Below are positions 10,497-21,049 of a DNA stretch of 49,738 nucleotides, piece after piece. The DNA lies in NCBI GenBank assembly GCA_000754455.1, contig JNSE01000021.1, positions 1 to 49,738 on the forward strand, given 5' to 3'. A program made the translations under genes and the position numbers. The notes below the pieces were generated by a model. That model worked only from the letters and a program-made list of their open reading frames with translations. It did no database searches and was not told where the DNA came from. Every line of letters begins with the position of its first letter. Position 1 is the stretch's first letter. This DNA is from an actinobacterium acAMD-2 (lineage in GTDB: Bacteria > Actinomycetota > Actinomycetes > UBA12327).

Positions 10497-11435
10497 CTAA
10501 TGGCCCGGGCTAATCACGCGTGCGCCCTGGGCTGGGCCTTCAGCAGTTTTCACCGTCCGGCACACACCAGCAGAACTCAAGTTCACCGCGATATCCACTG
10601 CATGTGCGTGGTCTCGGGCTAGAAACGCACAGGTGGGTCCAGACCCAGAAACTAATCCCGCCAAAGCACCGGCTTCAAGCCCTGCATTAAGCACTCGTTG
10701 CAAATCCGCGCGCAAAGCCACCGCGGGTGCCTGCAAATCGTTGAGCAAAGCACTGGCCAAAGCCGTGGTGTCGCCAGAGCTGAGCGCTGTCAGGACGGCA
10801 TCAGGCACTCGCGGTTCAGGGATCGCGCGATCACCGCGCAGTTCGTCAAGTTTGGAATACACACTTGGGGTAGATAAGCCGCCCATGGCCAAGGCGAATA
10901 CCCAGTGGAATCCCCCACGTACCAACACCGAGGTCAATTGATCCCCACGACCTAATCCCAGCGCTGTTCCGCCGTGCAAGGAGAACGGCACATCAGCACC
11001 AAGTTCGGAAGCAAGCTGATACAACACCTCGCGGGGAACGTGTGACTCCCACAATGCATCGCACGCGACCAGAGTTCCGGCCGCATCGGCGCTGCCGCCG
11101 GCCATTCCCCCAGCAACCGGAATTCCTTTAGCAATGTGAATCGAAACATCAGCCACTGTGCCTAGGTGTCGGGCTAAGAGTTCGGCTGCGCGCCAAGCAA
11201 TGTTGGTGTGATCAGTGGGAACAACATCAGCACCCTCACCGGAAATGGTGAGTTCGATGCCACCACCAGGATTCGGGCTCACCGTGATGTCGTCAAAAAG
11301 TGACACGGCTTGAAAGACCGTCGCGAGATCGTGATAGCCATGTTCATCGAGTCCACCCACACACAAGGCCAGATTGACTTTGCCGGGAGCGCGCACCACA
11401 ACGGTTTCGGAAAACTCTGGGAGGGCGGCGGTCAT
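10497..11435 (-). CDS. ispE: 4-diphosphocytidyl-2-C-methyl-D-erythritol kinase
   Basis: [41 protein letters not shown]. Confidence 0.97.
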   Translation of the reverse strand: MTAALPEFSETVVVRAPGKVNLALCVGGLDEHGYHDLATVFQAVSLFDDITVSPNPGGGIELTISGEGADVVPTDHTNIAWRAAELLARHLGTVADVSIHIAKGIPVAGGMAGGSADAAGTLVACDALWESHVPREVLYQLASELGADVPFSLHGGTALGLGRGDQLTSVLVRGGFHWVFALAMGGLSTPSVYSKLDELRGDRAIPEPRVPDAVLTALSSGDTTALASALLNDLQAPAVALRADLQRVLNAGLEAGALAGLVSGSGPTCAFLARDHAHAVDIAVNLSSAGVCRTVKTAEGPAQGARVISPGH

Positions 11436-12301
11436 GAGCCCATTGTGCGCTGTCGGGCGATCGCAATCGCGACGAATTGGGCAACATCAAGGGCTTCGCC
11501 TCGAAGCGAGGGGTCGACTCCTGCCGTCTCGAGCAAAGCATCCACGGCTTCACGCGAGCCAGCCCACTGCGCAAGGGTTGAGCGCAAGGTCTTGCGGCGT
11601 TGGGCAAAAGCGGCATCGACGACAGCGAAGACTTGCTGTCGAGTGACTTCAGTTGTGATTGGCGCATGACGTTGGAGTGCCACCAATCCCGAATCCACGC
11701 GCGGCTGCGGCCAAAAGACTGTGGTTCCTACTGATCCAACCCGCGAAACTTCTCCGAACCATCGCGCCTTCACCGAGGGCACACCGTAGGTTCGCGAACC
11801 AGGTGGAGCCGCAAGACGATCAGCAACTTCTGACTGCACCATCACCAGCACCTTGGTTATCGAATCAAACGTCGCCAGCAAGTGAAGCAACACCGGCACA
11901 GAAACGTTGTACGGAAGGTTGGCTACCAATGCGGTTGGTTCTCGATCTAATGAATTGACCTGTAACGCATCGGCATTGATGATCTGTAGCCGATCGACCA
12001 ACGTCGGGGCTTGCTCGCTAACGGTCTTGGGCAAAGCACCAGCAAGAACATCATCAATTTCGACCGCGATAACGCGTTGCACCCGCGGAAGAAGTCCCAG
12101 TGTTAACGAACCCAGCCCTGGGCCTACTTCAAGGACGACATCTTGAGCGTCAACATCGGCCAGCTGCACAATCCGGCGGACCGTATTGGCATCGACAACA
12201 AAGTTTTGGCCACGTTGCTTGGTGGGACGCAGATTCAATTCGCTGGCTAACTGCCGAATGCGCACGGCACCTAGAAGTTGCGCGGCCTCATCAGCACTCA
12301 T
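11432..12301 (-). CDS. rsmA: 16S rRNA m6(2)A1518/1519 dimethyltransferase
   Basis: [36 protein letters not shown]. Confidence 0.97.
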   Translation of the reverse strand: MSADEAAQLLGAVRIRQLASELNLRPTKQRGQNFVVDANTVRRIVQLADVDAQDVVLEVGPGLGSLTLGLLPRVQRVIAVEIDDVLAGALPKTVSEQAPTLVDRLQIINADALQVNSLDREPTALVANLPYNVSVPVLLHLLATFDSITKVLVMVQSEVADRLAAPPGSRTYGVPSVKARWFGEVSRVGSVGTTVFWPQPRVDSGLVALQRHAPITTEVTRQQVFAVVDAAFAQRRKTLRSTLAQWAGSREAVDALLETAGVDPSLRGEALDVAQFVAIAIARQRTMGS

Positions 12302-12304
12302 GGG

Positions 12305-13192
12305 CTACCACGGTCCAAAGACCCGCTCGGAGTTTGCCGAAATCGCCGCACATAGTTCCGCTTCGCTGCAATCCAAGGTCTGTGCCATGACGCGAACAGT
12401 GTGCGGAATCAAATAGGACGCATTAGGGCGGCCGCGAAATGGTGCTGGGGTGAGAAAGGGCGCATCGGTTTCGACCAAGATGCTGGTCAAGGGAGTAACA
12501 GCCAACGCTTCCCGCAACGAGTCGGCGTTCTTAAAGGTCACAGTGCCAGCAAAGGACAACATAAAGCCGCGATCAATGCACTCACGGGCAAAGGTGGCAT
12601 CCCCTGAGAAGCAATGCATCACCACAGTGTGAGGAGCACCGACCTCATCCACGATCGCCAACACATCATCGTGGGCATCGCGATCGTGAATCACGACCGG
12701 CTTGTTGACTTGCTTAGCAATAGCGATGTGCTGCTTGAACGAATGGTGCTGAGCCGCTCTACCCGACTCGTCGGTGCGGAAGTAGTCCAAACCTGTTTCG
12801 CCAACGGCACGTACTCGCTCATGCATCGCCAGCTCGGCGATCTCTGCTAACGCAGCATCGAGTTGATCCGCAGATTCAGCCGCTAGCCGGGGTGCCTCAT
12901 TGGGGTGCAGGGCCACAGCCGCCAGAACCGAGGGATGGGACTTTGCGGCCTCCACCGACCAGCGAGCACTCGGCAGGTCGCAACCAATTTGCACCACACG
13001 GTCGATACCGACAGCCGCCGCGGAACTCAGGGCTTCGGTGACATCCATCCACGTATCACCGTCACGAATATCGAGGTGGCAGTGACTGTCAGCGACTGCA
13101 ACGGCGAGTGGTTCAGGAGCAGGCGGGTACGAGGTATCGCGGGTTCGACCTTCATTTCGGCGCTCACGAACCGGTTGGAGGTCCTCACTCAT
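12305..13192 (-). CDS. tatD: TatD family nuclease
   Basis: DSHCHLD, LHPNE, GETGLDY, IHDRDAH, HCFSG, ETDAPFLTP. Confidence 0.95.
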   Translation of the reverse strand: MSEDLQPVRERRNEGRTRDTSYPPAPEPLAVAVADSHCHLDIRDGDTWMDVTEALSSAAAVGIDRVVQIGCDLPSARWSVEAAKSHPSVLAAVALHPNEAPRLAAESADQLDAALAEIAELAMHERVRAVGETGLDYFRTDESGRAAQHHSFKQHIAIAKQVNKPVVIHDRDAHDDVLAIVDEVGAPHTVVMHCFSGDATFARECIDRGFMLSFAGTVTFKNADSLREALAVTPLTSILVETDAPFLTPAPFRGRPNASYLIPHTVRVMAQTLDCSEAELCAAISANSERVFGPW

Positions 13193-14805
13193 GAAGAAAA
13201 TTCCTCAGGATCTTCCAACCGTGGGAACAGCGAATCACCCTTAGTCAACACGCTGCCCGCAGGAAGCAGACCCCATTGGCCACAGTCTTGAATGCGTTGA
13301 CTGGCCAGCGATCCAAGCGCAACTTCGGCACCTAACTGCGACCACAACGATGCGCACGCCTTCGGCATCACCGGATTGAGCAGAACGGACAAGATGCGCA
13401 AACCTTCGGCCGCGGCGTACAACGTTGTTGCTACGGAATCACGGGCAGCCTGGTCAGTGTCCATCGTCTTGGCGACTTTCCACGGCTCTTGAATGGTGAG
13501 GTAGCCATTGACCGCATCGACCAGTTCCCACGTGGCATTGATCGCGCCGGAAAAACTCAAGGAGTCAACAGCAGAATCGGCTGCTTGTGCCGCTCGTGCC
13601 GCGACCTGAGCCAATTCCTTCTCAGCATCACCGGACGACACTGCTTCGGGCAACACGCCCTCAAAGTATTTGTTCGTCATCGCGGTCACACGAGAGGCGA
13701 GATTGCCCAATCCATTGGCGAGTTCAGCCGTGTAGCGCGCCGACATGTCTTCCCATGAGAACGATCCATCTTGTCCAAACGAAATCGCGCGCATGAAGTA
13801 GTAGCGAAAGGCATCAGAACCAAAATGATCAATGATCGCACTAGGAGCGATACCCGTCAGCTTGCTCTTACTCATCTTTTCGCCACCGACAAGCAACCAA
13901 CCATGAGCGAACACCTTCGCTGGCAACGGCAAACCCGCAGCCAAGAGCATGGCTGGCCAAATCACCGCGTGAAATCGCAAGATGTCCTTGCCCACCAGGT
14001 GAACATCGGCAGGGAAGGTCGATGCAAATTTTGATTGACCCGGCTCGTCTGTGTCTCCCAGGCCTACCGCCGTTGCGTAGTTAAGCAAGGCGTCAAACCA
14101 CACATACACAACCTGTGATTCGTCCCACGGAACTTTGATCCCCCAGTCAAATGTGGATCGAGAGATCGACAGGTCATCGAGGCCGGAACGAATGAAGGAC
14201 AAGACTTCATTTCGTGCACTGGCCGGTTCAACAGCGCTCGGGTTGGCCTCGTAGTGATCAAGCAATGCTTGGCCATAGCGGCTCAAGGCAAAGAAGTAGT
14301 TGGTCTCCGACAACATTTCCACCGGAGTGCTGTGAATGGGGCAACATTTTTGTCCCGCGTACTCGCCGGTTCCATCAATGAGGTCGCCCGCGACCTTGTA
14401 TTCCTCACACCCCACGCAATAGGGGCCTTCGTAGTCACCTTGATAGATGTGCCCAGCGTCATAGAGGGACTGGAGAAATGCTTGGACACGCTCGGTGTGA
14501 CGCGATTGAGTCGTGCGGATGAAATCGTCATTGGCGACATCGAGGGTGTGCAATACGGGCTTCCACGCCGACTCAACCAAGCGGTCAGCCCAGTCTTGCG
14601 GCGATACCCCGTTTGCTTCTGCAGTTCGCAAAACCTTTTGACCGTGCTCATCGGTTCCGGTCAGAAACCACACGTCTTCGCCACGTTGACGATGCCACCG
14701 CGTCAGCACATCCCCGGCCACGGTGGTGTACGCGTGACCGATGTGGGGAGCGTCGTTGACGTAATAGATAGGCGTCGTGACGAAGTAGGTCTTAGGTGAA
14801 CTCAC
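13189..14805 (-). CDS. metG: Methionyl-tRNA synthetase
   Basis: TTPIYYVNDAPHIGH (HIGH), CVGCEE/CPIH zinc knuckle, YVWFDAL, KMSKS. Confidence 0.98.
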   Translation of the reverse strand: MSSPKTYFVTTPIYYVNDAPHIGHAYTTVAGDVLTRWHRQRGEDVWFLTGTDEHGQKVLRTAEANGVSPQDWADRLVESAWKPVLHTLDVANDDFIRTTQSRHTERVQAFLQSLYDAGHIYQGDYEGPYCVGCEEYKVAGDLIDGTGEYAGQKCCPIHSTPVEMLSETNYFFALSRYGQALLDHYEANPSAVEPASARNEVLSFIRSGLDDLSISRSTFDWGIKVPWDESQVVYVWFDALLNYATAVGLGDTDEPGQSKFASTFPADVHLVGKDILRFHAVIWPAMLLAAGLPLPAKVFAHGWLLVGGEKMSKSKLTGIAPSAIIDHFGSDAFRYYFMRAISFGQDGSFSWEDMSARYTAELANGLGNLASRVTAMTNKYFEGVLPEAVSSGDAEKELAQVAARAAQAADSAVDSLSFSGAINATWELVDAVNGYLTIQEPWKVAKTMDTDQAARDSVATTLYAAAEGLRILSVLLNPVMPKACASLWSQLGAEVALGSLASQRIQDCGQWGLLPAGSVLTKGDSLFPRLEDPEEFSS

Positions 14806-14864
14806 GCGCTGATCTTACGCGTGAACCCACTCAGCCTCCTGCACGCACGCCCACTGGTGCTGGA

Positions 14865-17015
14865 CTAGTGAAGGGTTCCAGCCCATTGACGTGTGCGGTG
14901 TCCGCGCAACCGAACTGATTCCCAACGGGCTCCGGCGATGAGCAAACCCACACCCACCACTGCCAACGACACCCACTGTGGAAGCAGGGCAGCTACGTCG
15001 GCAATTTGCGCAACAGAGATGACGATGACGGCCGCCACACCCGGCCAAAACACTCCGGCCCAATGGTTGCGCCCGCCCACGATGGCTAGGACTAAACCGA
15101 GGATGAGAAAACTGACGATTCGGATAACGGCTTCTGTTGATGGCGCTTCACCAGCACCGGAACTTCGCGTTAAGGAATCCTCCAACACCCACGCGACGGG
15201 AAACAGTAGAGCCGCAGTGATCGCCGGTGCCACACTGCTCCACGTGGAAACCACATGGTCATGAGTGAGCAAGACAACCGATAGACCGACCAACAACAAC
15301 GGCACCGCGATGAAGAGTCCATGCAACTCCGGGCCCAGACCCCACTGATCGATGTTGAGCCACTTCCACGCCAGGTGACCGCCTTCGGCAGCAAGAGCAC
15401 CGGCAAACCACAAAGTCCACACTGCGGAACGCATCCACGCTAATGCAGCGAGCAAACCAAACCCGGCCACGAGAAGCGCTGTAACAGCGGCTGGCTCAGC
15501 AACAGTGATGTCGGCTGGAAAGCGATTGACGTCGTTAAGCAATTGCTGGGACCACAGCAAGATCATGGCGAACGCGGTGAAGGCGGGAAGGCTTGTGGGC
15601 TTGCCGGGGCGTAGGCGAACGAGTACGAGGTGCAACACCACACACACGGCCACCGCTGTCAGCGCCACACCCAATCCAGTCCACCAGGGGTACTCGTCTC
15701 CAATCCACGCCGTGACGTCAGATCGCGGCAGATCGCTGAAGATCTCCTCATTGGTCACTGGTTGCGCGGTGGAAGCAAGGAATGGCAAAACCAGCGCACC
15801 CGCCCCAGCAATTGCGGCGAGGCGAATCAATGAACCGCTAACAAATCGAACGAGTGGCTCTTTACCTAGTTCCTCCTGACTCCATTGAGCGCGCGTCATC
15901 AGATGCGCGCCGGCAGACACCAAAACCACTGTCAAAAGGAACGCGGCAGGAATCAACACAAGGCGGTTGGCGGGATCATGGGCAGCAGCGAAAGTTCCGA
16001 TCGAAGAGACCACTAAGAGCACGGCCGCACCTGTTGGATAGGACCACCAGCGCGCACGCAAAGCGCGGTCTGTCACCAAGTAGGCCAAGGAACCAGCAAG
16101 AGCGATCGTCACAGCCACCAGGGCAATGAATCCACCGTCCGTGCCCGCATCATCAAGCTTGCCAGCAGTCGTCACCGCAATGACGCAAATGCCGATGAAC
16201 CCAGAGACGACCGCAAACCACTGCCACGGGACTCGATGCCAAGCGCGCTGTTGATCACTTAGAGCAAGACCGGTCATCGCAGCAGCGCCGGCGATGCAGA
16301 CTCCGCCAACCCACCAACCCACCCAGTCCGGCGCTTGTTCAGCGTCGAGGATTGGTGCGGAGGCAAATGCCATCAAGGCCATGTGCGAAAAGACCACTGC
16401 AGTCAAAATCGCGGCAGCTGGTTGGCGTTGTGCTTGGCGATAACTCCACAACAAGCCAAGAAGGGCTGCTGCCACAACCGACAATGCCCGTGGCCATGGC
16501 GAGAGCGCATCAGAAGAAATCCAAAAACTTGATGTGACAACCAGCAACAGCACGCCCGTGACTGACAGCGCACTTGCTGTCCCAGGAATTCGACGAGCCA
16601 AGCGATAACCGCCCGCAAGCGCGCCAACACCAGCAACAACAAGCACGAGAAGTTGGCCTATCGCACCCAGAACATCCCAAGCAAAGGCCGTAAAGGCAAT
16701 CGCAGCCGCCACTAAAGCAAAAACACCCGTTCCCAAGATAAATCCGGCAGCCGTGATTCCAGGGCGGGCTGGTCGCGGTTCAGCAATTTCCGGGCGAGCT
16801 TCGTCGGCCGCCACTACCGCGTCGTCAGCACCGTGTTCAAGTACCCATGAACGCTTGGTATCGATCCACTGCTCAAGATCAGTCAGATATTTCAATTCCG
16901 CTTGGGCAGCCGAGGACAGTTGCAGGCCACACGAAGGACATCGCAGGTCCCCGTTGTGTCCTGCGCTGGTCAATCCGTTGGAACAGCGTGGGCAGTGCAC
17001 CAAAGTTGTAGTCAC
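14865..17015 (-). CDS. Large polytopic membrane protein with N-terminal zinc ribbon (DUF2157 / SCO7613 C-terminal-like)
   Basis: CPRC...CPSC at the N-terminus; LVAAAIAFTAFAW DUF2157-like segment; many hydrophobic helices; C-terminal LPQWVSLAVVGVGLLIAGARWE. Confidence 0.65.
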   Translation of the reverse strand: MTTTLVHCPRCSNGLTSAGHNGDLRCPSCGLQLSSAAQAELKYLTDLEQWIDTKRSWVLEHGADDAVVAADEARPEIAEPRPARPGITAAGFILGTGVFALVAAAIAFTAFAWDVLGAIGQLLVLVVAGVGALAGGYRLARRIPGTASALSVTGVLLLVVTSSFWISSDALSPWPRALSVVAAALLGLLWSYRQAQRQPAAAILTAVVFSHMALMAFASAPILDAEQAPDWVGWWVGGVCIAGAAAMTGLALSDQQRAWHRVPWQWFAVVSGFIGICVIAVTTAGKLDDAGTDGGFIALVAVTIALAGSLAYLVTDRALRARWWSYPTGAAVLLVVSSIGTFAAAHDPANRLVLIPAAFLLTVVLVSAGAHLMTRAQWSQEELGKEPLVRFVSGSLIRLAAIAGAGALVLPFLASTAQPVTNEEIFSDLPRSDVTAWIGDEYPWWTGLGVALTAVAVCVVLHLVLVRLRPGKPTSLPAFTAFAMILLWSQQLLNDVNRFPADITVAEPAAVTALLVAGFGLLAALAWMRSAVWTLWFAGALAAEGGHLAWKWLNIDQWGLGPELHGLFIAVPLLLVGLSVVLLTHDHVVSTWSSVAPAITAALLFPVAWVLEDSLTRSSGAGEAPSTEAVIRIVSFLILGLVLAIVGGRNHWAGVFWPGVAAVIVISVAQIADVAALLPQWVSLAVVGVGLLIAGARWESVRLRGHRTRQWAGTLH

Positions 17016-17093
17016 GTATTCATGATGACACCCAACTCCCCCAAACCGAAGGCCTTTAGGGGTGGTCTTAGGTCCGGTCTTTTTGAGGTGGGT

Positions 17094-17936
17094 CTACTGC
17101 TGACCCTTTGCGGCGACGACCGCGTCAAAGACCTCACGCTTTCGCGCACCCGTCGAGTGCGCCACGTCGGCTATGGCTTCTTTACGCGTCATCCCCGCAC
17201 TCTCTAGAGCGTGTACCTGCGCGACCCACTGGGCCGGATCACCGACTGCGGTATCAGTCGAGGCGCCTTGGACCACGATCGTGATTTCACCCTTGACCCC
17301 GTCAGCGGCCCAGAGCTCAAGCTCAGCCAACGTCCCTCGGCGAATCTCCTCGTAGGTCTTGGTCAACTCCCGGCACACTGCAGCGGGTCGATCACTTCCC
17401 AGTACTTCCTTCATCGTGGACAGGCTGGCCGAAAGTCGGTGCGGTGCTTCAAAGAAAATCATCGTTCGGGTTTCTCGCTCCAGTCCATGGAGAGACTTTG
17501 TTCGCTCGCCCGCTTTGCGAGGCAAAAACCCCTCAAAACAAAATCGGTCACTAGGCAATCCGCTCACAGCCAACGCCATCAGCACAGCCGATGGTCCAGG
17601 TAAGGCCGTGACTGCAATTCCAGCTTCCACCGCAGCTGAGACCAACCGAAAACCCGGATCGCTCACCGATGGCATACCGGCATCGGTAATGACGACAACC
17701 GTCAAACCAGCTTTCAAGTCAGCCACCAACCCCGGTGTGCGCTCGACCTCATTGGCTTCAAAGTAGGAAACAACTCGACCGGTGGGCACAATGCCCACAT
17801 CCGAACACAGGCGCTTAAATCTGCGAGTGTCTTCAGCAGCGATCACGTCCGCACTGGCTAGTTCACTGATTAGGCGTGCCGATGCATCCCGAAAGTCACC
17901 AATCGGTGAGGCGGCAAGAACTAGGCGTCCACTCAT
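17094..17936 (-). CDS. rsmI: 16S rRNA C1402 2'-O-methyltransferase
   Basis: SPIGDFRDAS, AAEDTR, TDAGMPSVSDPG, FEGFLPRK, RELTKTYEE; ATG 17936 chosen as start. Confidence 0.96.
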   Translation of the reverse strand: MSGRLVLAASPIGDFRDASARLISELASADVIAAEDTRRFKRLCSDVGIVPTGRVVSYFEANEVERTPGLVADLKAGLTVVVITDAGMPSVSDPGFRLVSAAVEAGIAVTALPGPSAVLMALAVSGLPSDRFCFEGFLPRKAGERTKSLHGLERETRTMIFFEAPHRLSASLSTMKEVLGSDRPAAVCRELTKTYEEIRRGTLAELELWAADGVKGEITIVVQGASTDTAVGDPAQWVAQVHALESAGMTRKEAIADVAHSTGARKREVFDAVVAAKGQQ

Positions 17937-17972
17937 ACCCACATCTTGGCACTGTCGCCCTACGATGAAGTC

Positions 17973-19589
17973 GTGAATGAGGTGGTGGAACGAACGCTGT
18001 ATTTAGCACCCGTTGGTGAAAACACGCCCTCCACCCAATCCAATGACCGAGATGGAAGGCTGCGCCGCCTCAAAGAACAACTGTCAAAGCCCATGCCCAG
18101 CGATGGTGTGTGGGGATGGCTTGGGCCACTGCTGGTTACCGCTATCGCCGCAGGCTTGAGGTTTTATCAGCTTGGTCGCCCCAAGAGAATCACCCTTGAT
18201 GAGACCTATTACGTCAAGGGCGGGTTGTCCTTGTGGGAATTTGGGTTCGAACGCGATGGCGTTGCCAACGCCGACAAACTTTTAGCATTAGGCAAGACCG
18301 GCATCTTTGAAACCACCGCCGACTACGTCGTGCATCCCATGTTTGGCAAATGGGTTATCGGCGCAGGAATTCAAATCTTTGGACCCAACGCCTTCGGTTG
18401 GCGTTTTATGGTCGCGCTTCTAGGAACCCTCGCCGTCTTCGTGATCGCGCGTATTGGGCGCCGAATGTTTCGCTCGACCTTGATTGGTTGCATGGCAGGC
18501 CTACTTCTTGCCGTTGACGGAACCGCGATTGTCATGTCCCGCATCGGCATGCTCGATGGTGTCTTGGCCGCACTACTGGTCTTCGCCTTTGGCTGTTTGC
18601 TCGTGGACCGGGACAAGAGTCGTGAGCTACTAGCCCACCGAATGAAATTCATCGAAATGGGCGAGAACGGTCTGTGGCAGGGGGCAGGGCCACACCTAGG
18701 AGTTCGCCCGTGGCGATTGGCCAGCGGTGTATTTCTTGGCTTGGCCCTGGGAACGAAGTGGAGTGCCCTCTATTTCATCGCTTTCTTCATCATCCTCAGC
18801 GTCCTGTGGGATGCGGGGGCACGTCGTCGTGCTGGCATCAGTTCACCTTTGTTGTCGGCCATCAAACGCGACTTCATTCCAGCAGCACTTTCTTTCGGCG
18901 CGCTCGCTGTGGTGGTGTACGTGATGACCTGGGGTGGCTGGATCCTCACCGATGGTGGCTGGGATCGCCAGTGGGCCGCCGATCGCACGACGTCGTATCC
19001 CTTCATCCCTGATGTGATTCGTAGTTTGTGGCACTACCACGTTGAAATGCTCAAGTTCCACAGCACATTGACCACATCGCACCCGTACGAATCCAATGCG
19101 TGGGGCTGGTTGATTCAAGCTCGACCCACAGCGATCTATTATTCTTCCAACGTTTCGTGTGGTGCCGCGAAGTGCACATCAGCGATCACCTCTATTGGCA
19201 ACCCGATGTTGTGGTGGGCCGGAGTCTTGGCCATGGGCTACTTAGCCATTGAATGGTTGGGCCGCAGAGACTGGCGAGCCGGAGCCATCCTTGGTTGCAT
19301 CGCCGCGGGCTGGCTGCCTTGGGTGGTCTTCTATAACGAGCGAACGGTCTTTGGTTTTTACACCGTGGTCCTGTCGGCATTTATGGCTCTTGCCGTGGCC
19401 TACTGCTTGGGCCGAATCCTTGGTTCATCCGATGCTTCCACGCGCCGGCGCACCATTGGTGCCGGCGTAGTCGGCGCCTATCTGGCCATCGCCGTTGTGG
19501 CCGCTGCCTTCTTTTTGCCCATCTGGATTGCCGACCCGATTTCCTACGCGCAATGGGGTCAACGCATGTGGTTTAAGTCTTGGATTTAG
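17973..19589 (+). CDS. pmt: Dolichyl/polyprenyl-phosphate-mannose--protein O-mannosyltransferase
   Basis: LDETYY (DE motif), VVHPMFGKW, SRIGMLD, TKWS, HPYES, GNP, FYTV; divergent from rsmI as for mycobacterial Rv1002c; leaderless GTG 17973. Confidence 0.92.
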   Translation: MNEVVERTLYLAPVGENTPSTQSNDRDGRLRRLKEQLSKPMPSDGVWGWLGPLLVTAIAAGLRFYQLGRPKRITLDETYYVKGGLSLWEFGFERDGVANADKLLALGKTGIFETTADYVVHPMFGKWVIGAGIQIFGPNAFGWRFMVALLGTLAVFVIARIGRRMFRSTLIGCMAGLLLAVDGTAIVMSRIGMLDGVLAALLVFAFGCLLVDRDKSRELLAHRMKFIEMGENGLWQGAGPHLGVRPWRLASGVFLGLALGTKWSALYFIAFFIILSVLWDAGARRRAGISSPLLSAIKRDFIPAALSFGALAVVVYVMTWGGWILTDGGWDRQWAADRTTSYPFIPDVIRSLWHYHVEMLKFHSTLTTSHPYESNAWGWLIQARPTAIYYSSNVSCGAAKCTSAITSIGNPMLWWAGVLAMGYLAIEWLGRRDWRAGAILGCIAAGWLPWVVFYNERTVFGFYTVVLSAFMALAVAYCLGRILGSSDASTRRRTIGAGVVGAYLAIAVVAAAFFLPIWIADPISYAQWGQRMWFKSWI

Positions 19590-19657
19590 ACCTGTTCCCC
19601 ACGCCATGGCGTCCAACGCTGGCTAATCTTGACGATACCTAGAGGAAAAAGGTTGTT

Positions 19658-21049
19658 GTGGCTAAACAAAAGGCATCGTCGCTGAGTTCAGACATCAGGG
19701 ATACGTCAATCCTTGGCGTGGTCACTTGGATCATCTATGCGGTCACCGCGACAGTGACTGCCACGGTTGGTCCCAAGGGACTGGTGTTTAGCAATGACAC
19801 CTTCTTTAGCGCTTACCCGGCTTGGACGATTGCTCAACTTCAGACGATCAACATCGACACCGTCACCCAATTCACTAGCAGTGGATGGGCCTTCATCCTT
19901 GATGGCAACTTGCGAAGTGACCGCTTCCCTGGCGCGATTTTTTGGGCTGTTCCGTTCTATCTCATCGGCGGCGGTGACACGTTTTCGATCGGACCCTCAG
20001 CCATCGCTGCGGCAACTGCTTCGGCGATCACCATCGTCTTTATGCATCGTGCGTTCTTGAGCCTGGTCAATCGCAAGACCGCTTTGGCAGCCGCTGTTCT
20101 ATTAGCTTTTGGTACCGCCATGTGGTCTGTCTCAGCAGACTCGTTGTGGACGCACCCCACGACGTTGATGGGATTGGCCATCGGCTCATGGGCCATGACG
20201 CGTTCCCACTTCGCCATTGCTGGCTTGGGCTATGCGGTGGCGATCTTGAGTCGACCGCACACGGCTGTGGTCGCAGCGGCCGTGGGGATCTGGGAGTCCA
20301 TCACCCGCAAGTCCATTCGCCCGGCACTCCTGGTGGGCGCCACCAGCCTGCTGGGCCTGATCGGATTGGTCGCCTGGAACAAGATCAATGCCAACTCATG
20401 GGACATTTTTCCGGGTACCTACGGCGGACGATTCGATGCAGCAATCAGTGGCGGGGACGGCGGGCAAGCCAAACCCAATCTGTGGAGCGCTGACCTGGCC
20501 GCCACTTTCTTTTCCCCCTTACGCGGAATCTTTATCTACTCCCCCTTCCTCCTGGCTTTGCTGCCCGGGGTAATCAAGGCGTGGCGCGTGGCACCGGCTT
20601 GGGTCCGCTCAAGCACCGTGGGTGCTGGCTTGTACTTGCTCGTTCAACTTGCGGGCAACGTGTGGATCGGCGCAACTGGCTTCTTTGGTTACCGGCTCAC
20701 GCTTGAGCCATTGCTGCTCGTCACACCACTGCTTGCTTTGGCATGGCAAGAATGGACATCTCAGATCACTATCGCTCGACGAGCCTTTGGAACACTCGCA
20801 GCCGTGTCGCTCTGGTGGTTTGCGGTGGCTTCAATCACACGCAGCCCTGACCTCAATGGGCTCTCACAAGAACTGCCGTGGACACAGTGGCAAGTGCCGC
20901 TGGCGATCCAAGCTCAACAACCTGGAGTCTGGTTGGCAGCCACCGCCTTTGTTGCCGCGGTGGGCTACCTGGTGTGGCCGCCGATGACGGGTCCACCGGT
21001 TGTTGCTGCCAAGCCTGAAGGCAAAACCAAGAAGGGCAAGAAGAACTAG
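19658..21049 (+). CDS. GT-C-fold polytopic membrane protein (putative glycosyltransferase)
   Basis: About 10-12 hydrophobic helices, early acidic SND loop, LSRP motif, SPLRGIFIYSPFLL, GYRLTLE; follows pmt. Confidence 0.55.
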   Translation: MAKQKASSLSSDIRDTSILGVVTWIIYAVTATVTATVGPKGLVFSNDTFFSAYPAWTIAQLQTINIDTVTQFTSSGWAFILDGNLRSDRFPGAIFWAVPFYLIGGGDTFSIGPSAIAAATASAITIVFMHRAFLSLVNRKTALAAAVLLAFGTAMWSVSADSLWTHPTTLMGLAIGSWAMTRSHFAIAGLGYAVAILSRPHTAVVAAAVGIWESITRKSIRPALLVGATSLLGLIGLVAWNKINANSWDIFPGTYGGRFDAAISGGDGGQAKPNLWSADLAATFFSPLRGIFIYSPFLLALLPGVIKAWRVAPAWVRSSTVGAGLYLLVQLAGNVWIGATGFFGYRLTLEPLLLVTPLLALAWQEWTSQITIARRAFGTLAAVSLWWFAVASITRSPDLNGLSQELPWTQWQVPLAIQAQQPGVWLAATAFVAAVGYLVWPPMTGPPVVAAKPEGKTKKGKKN

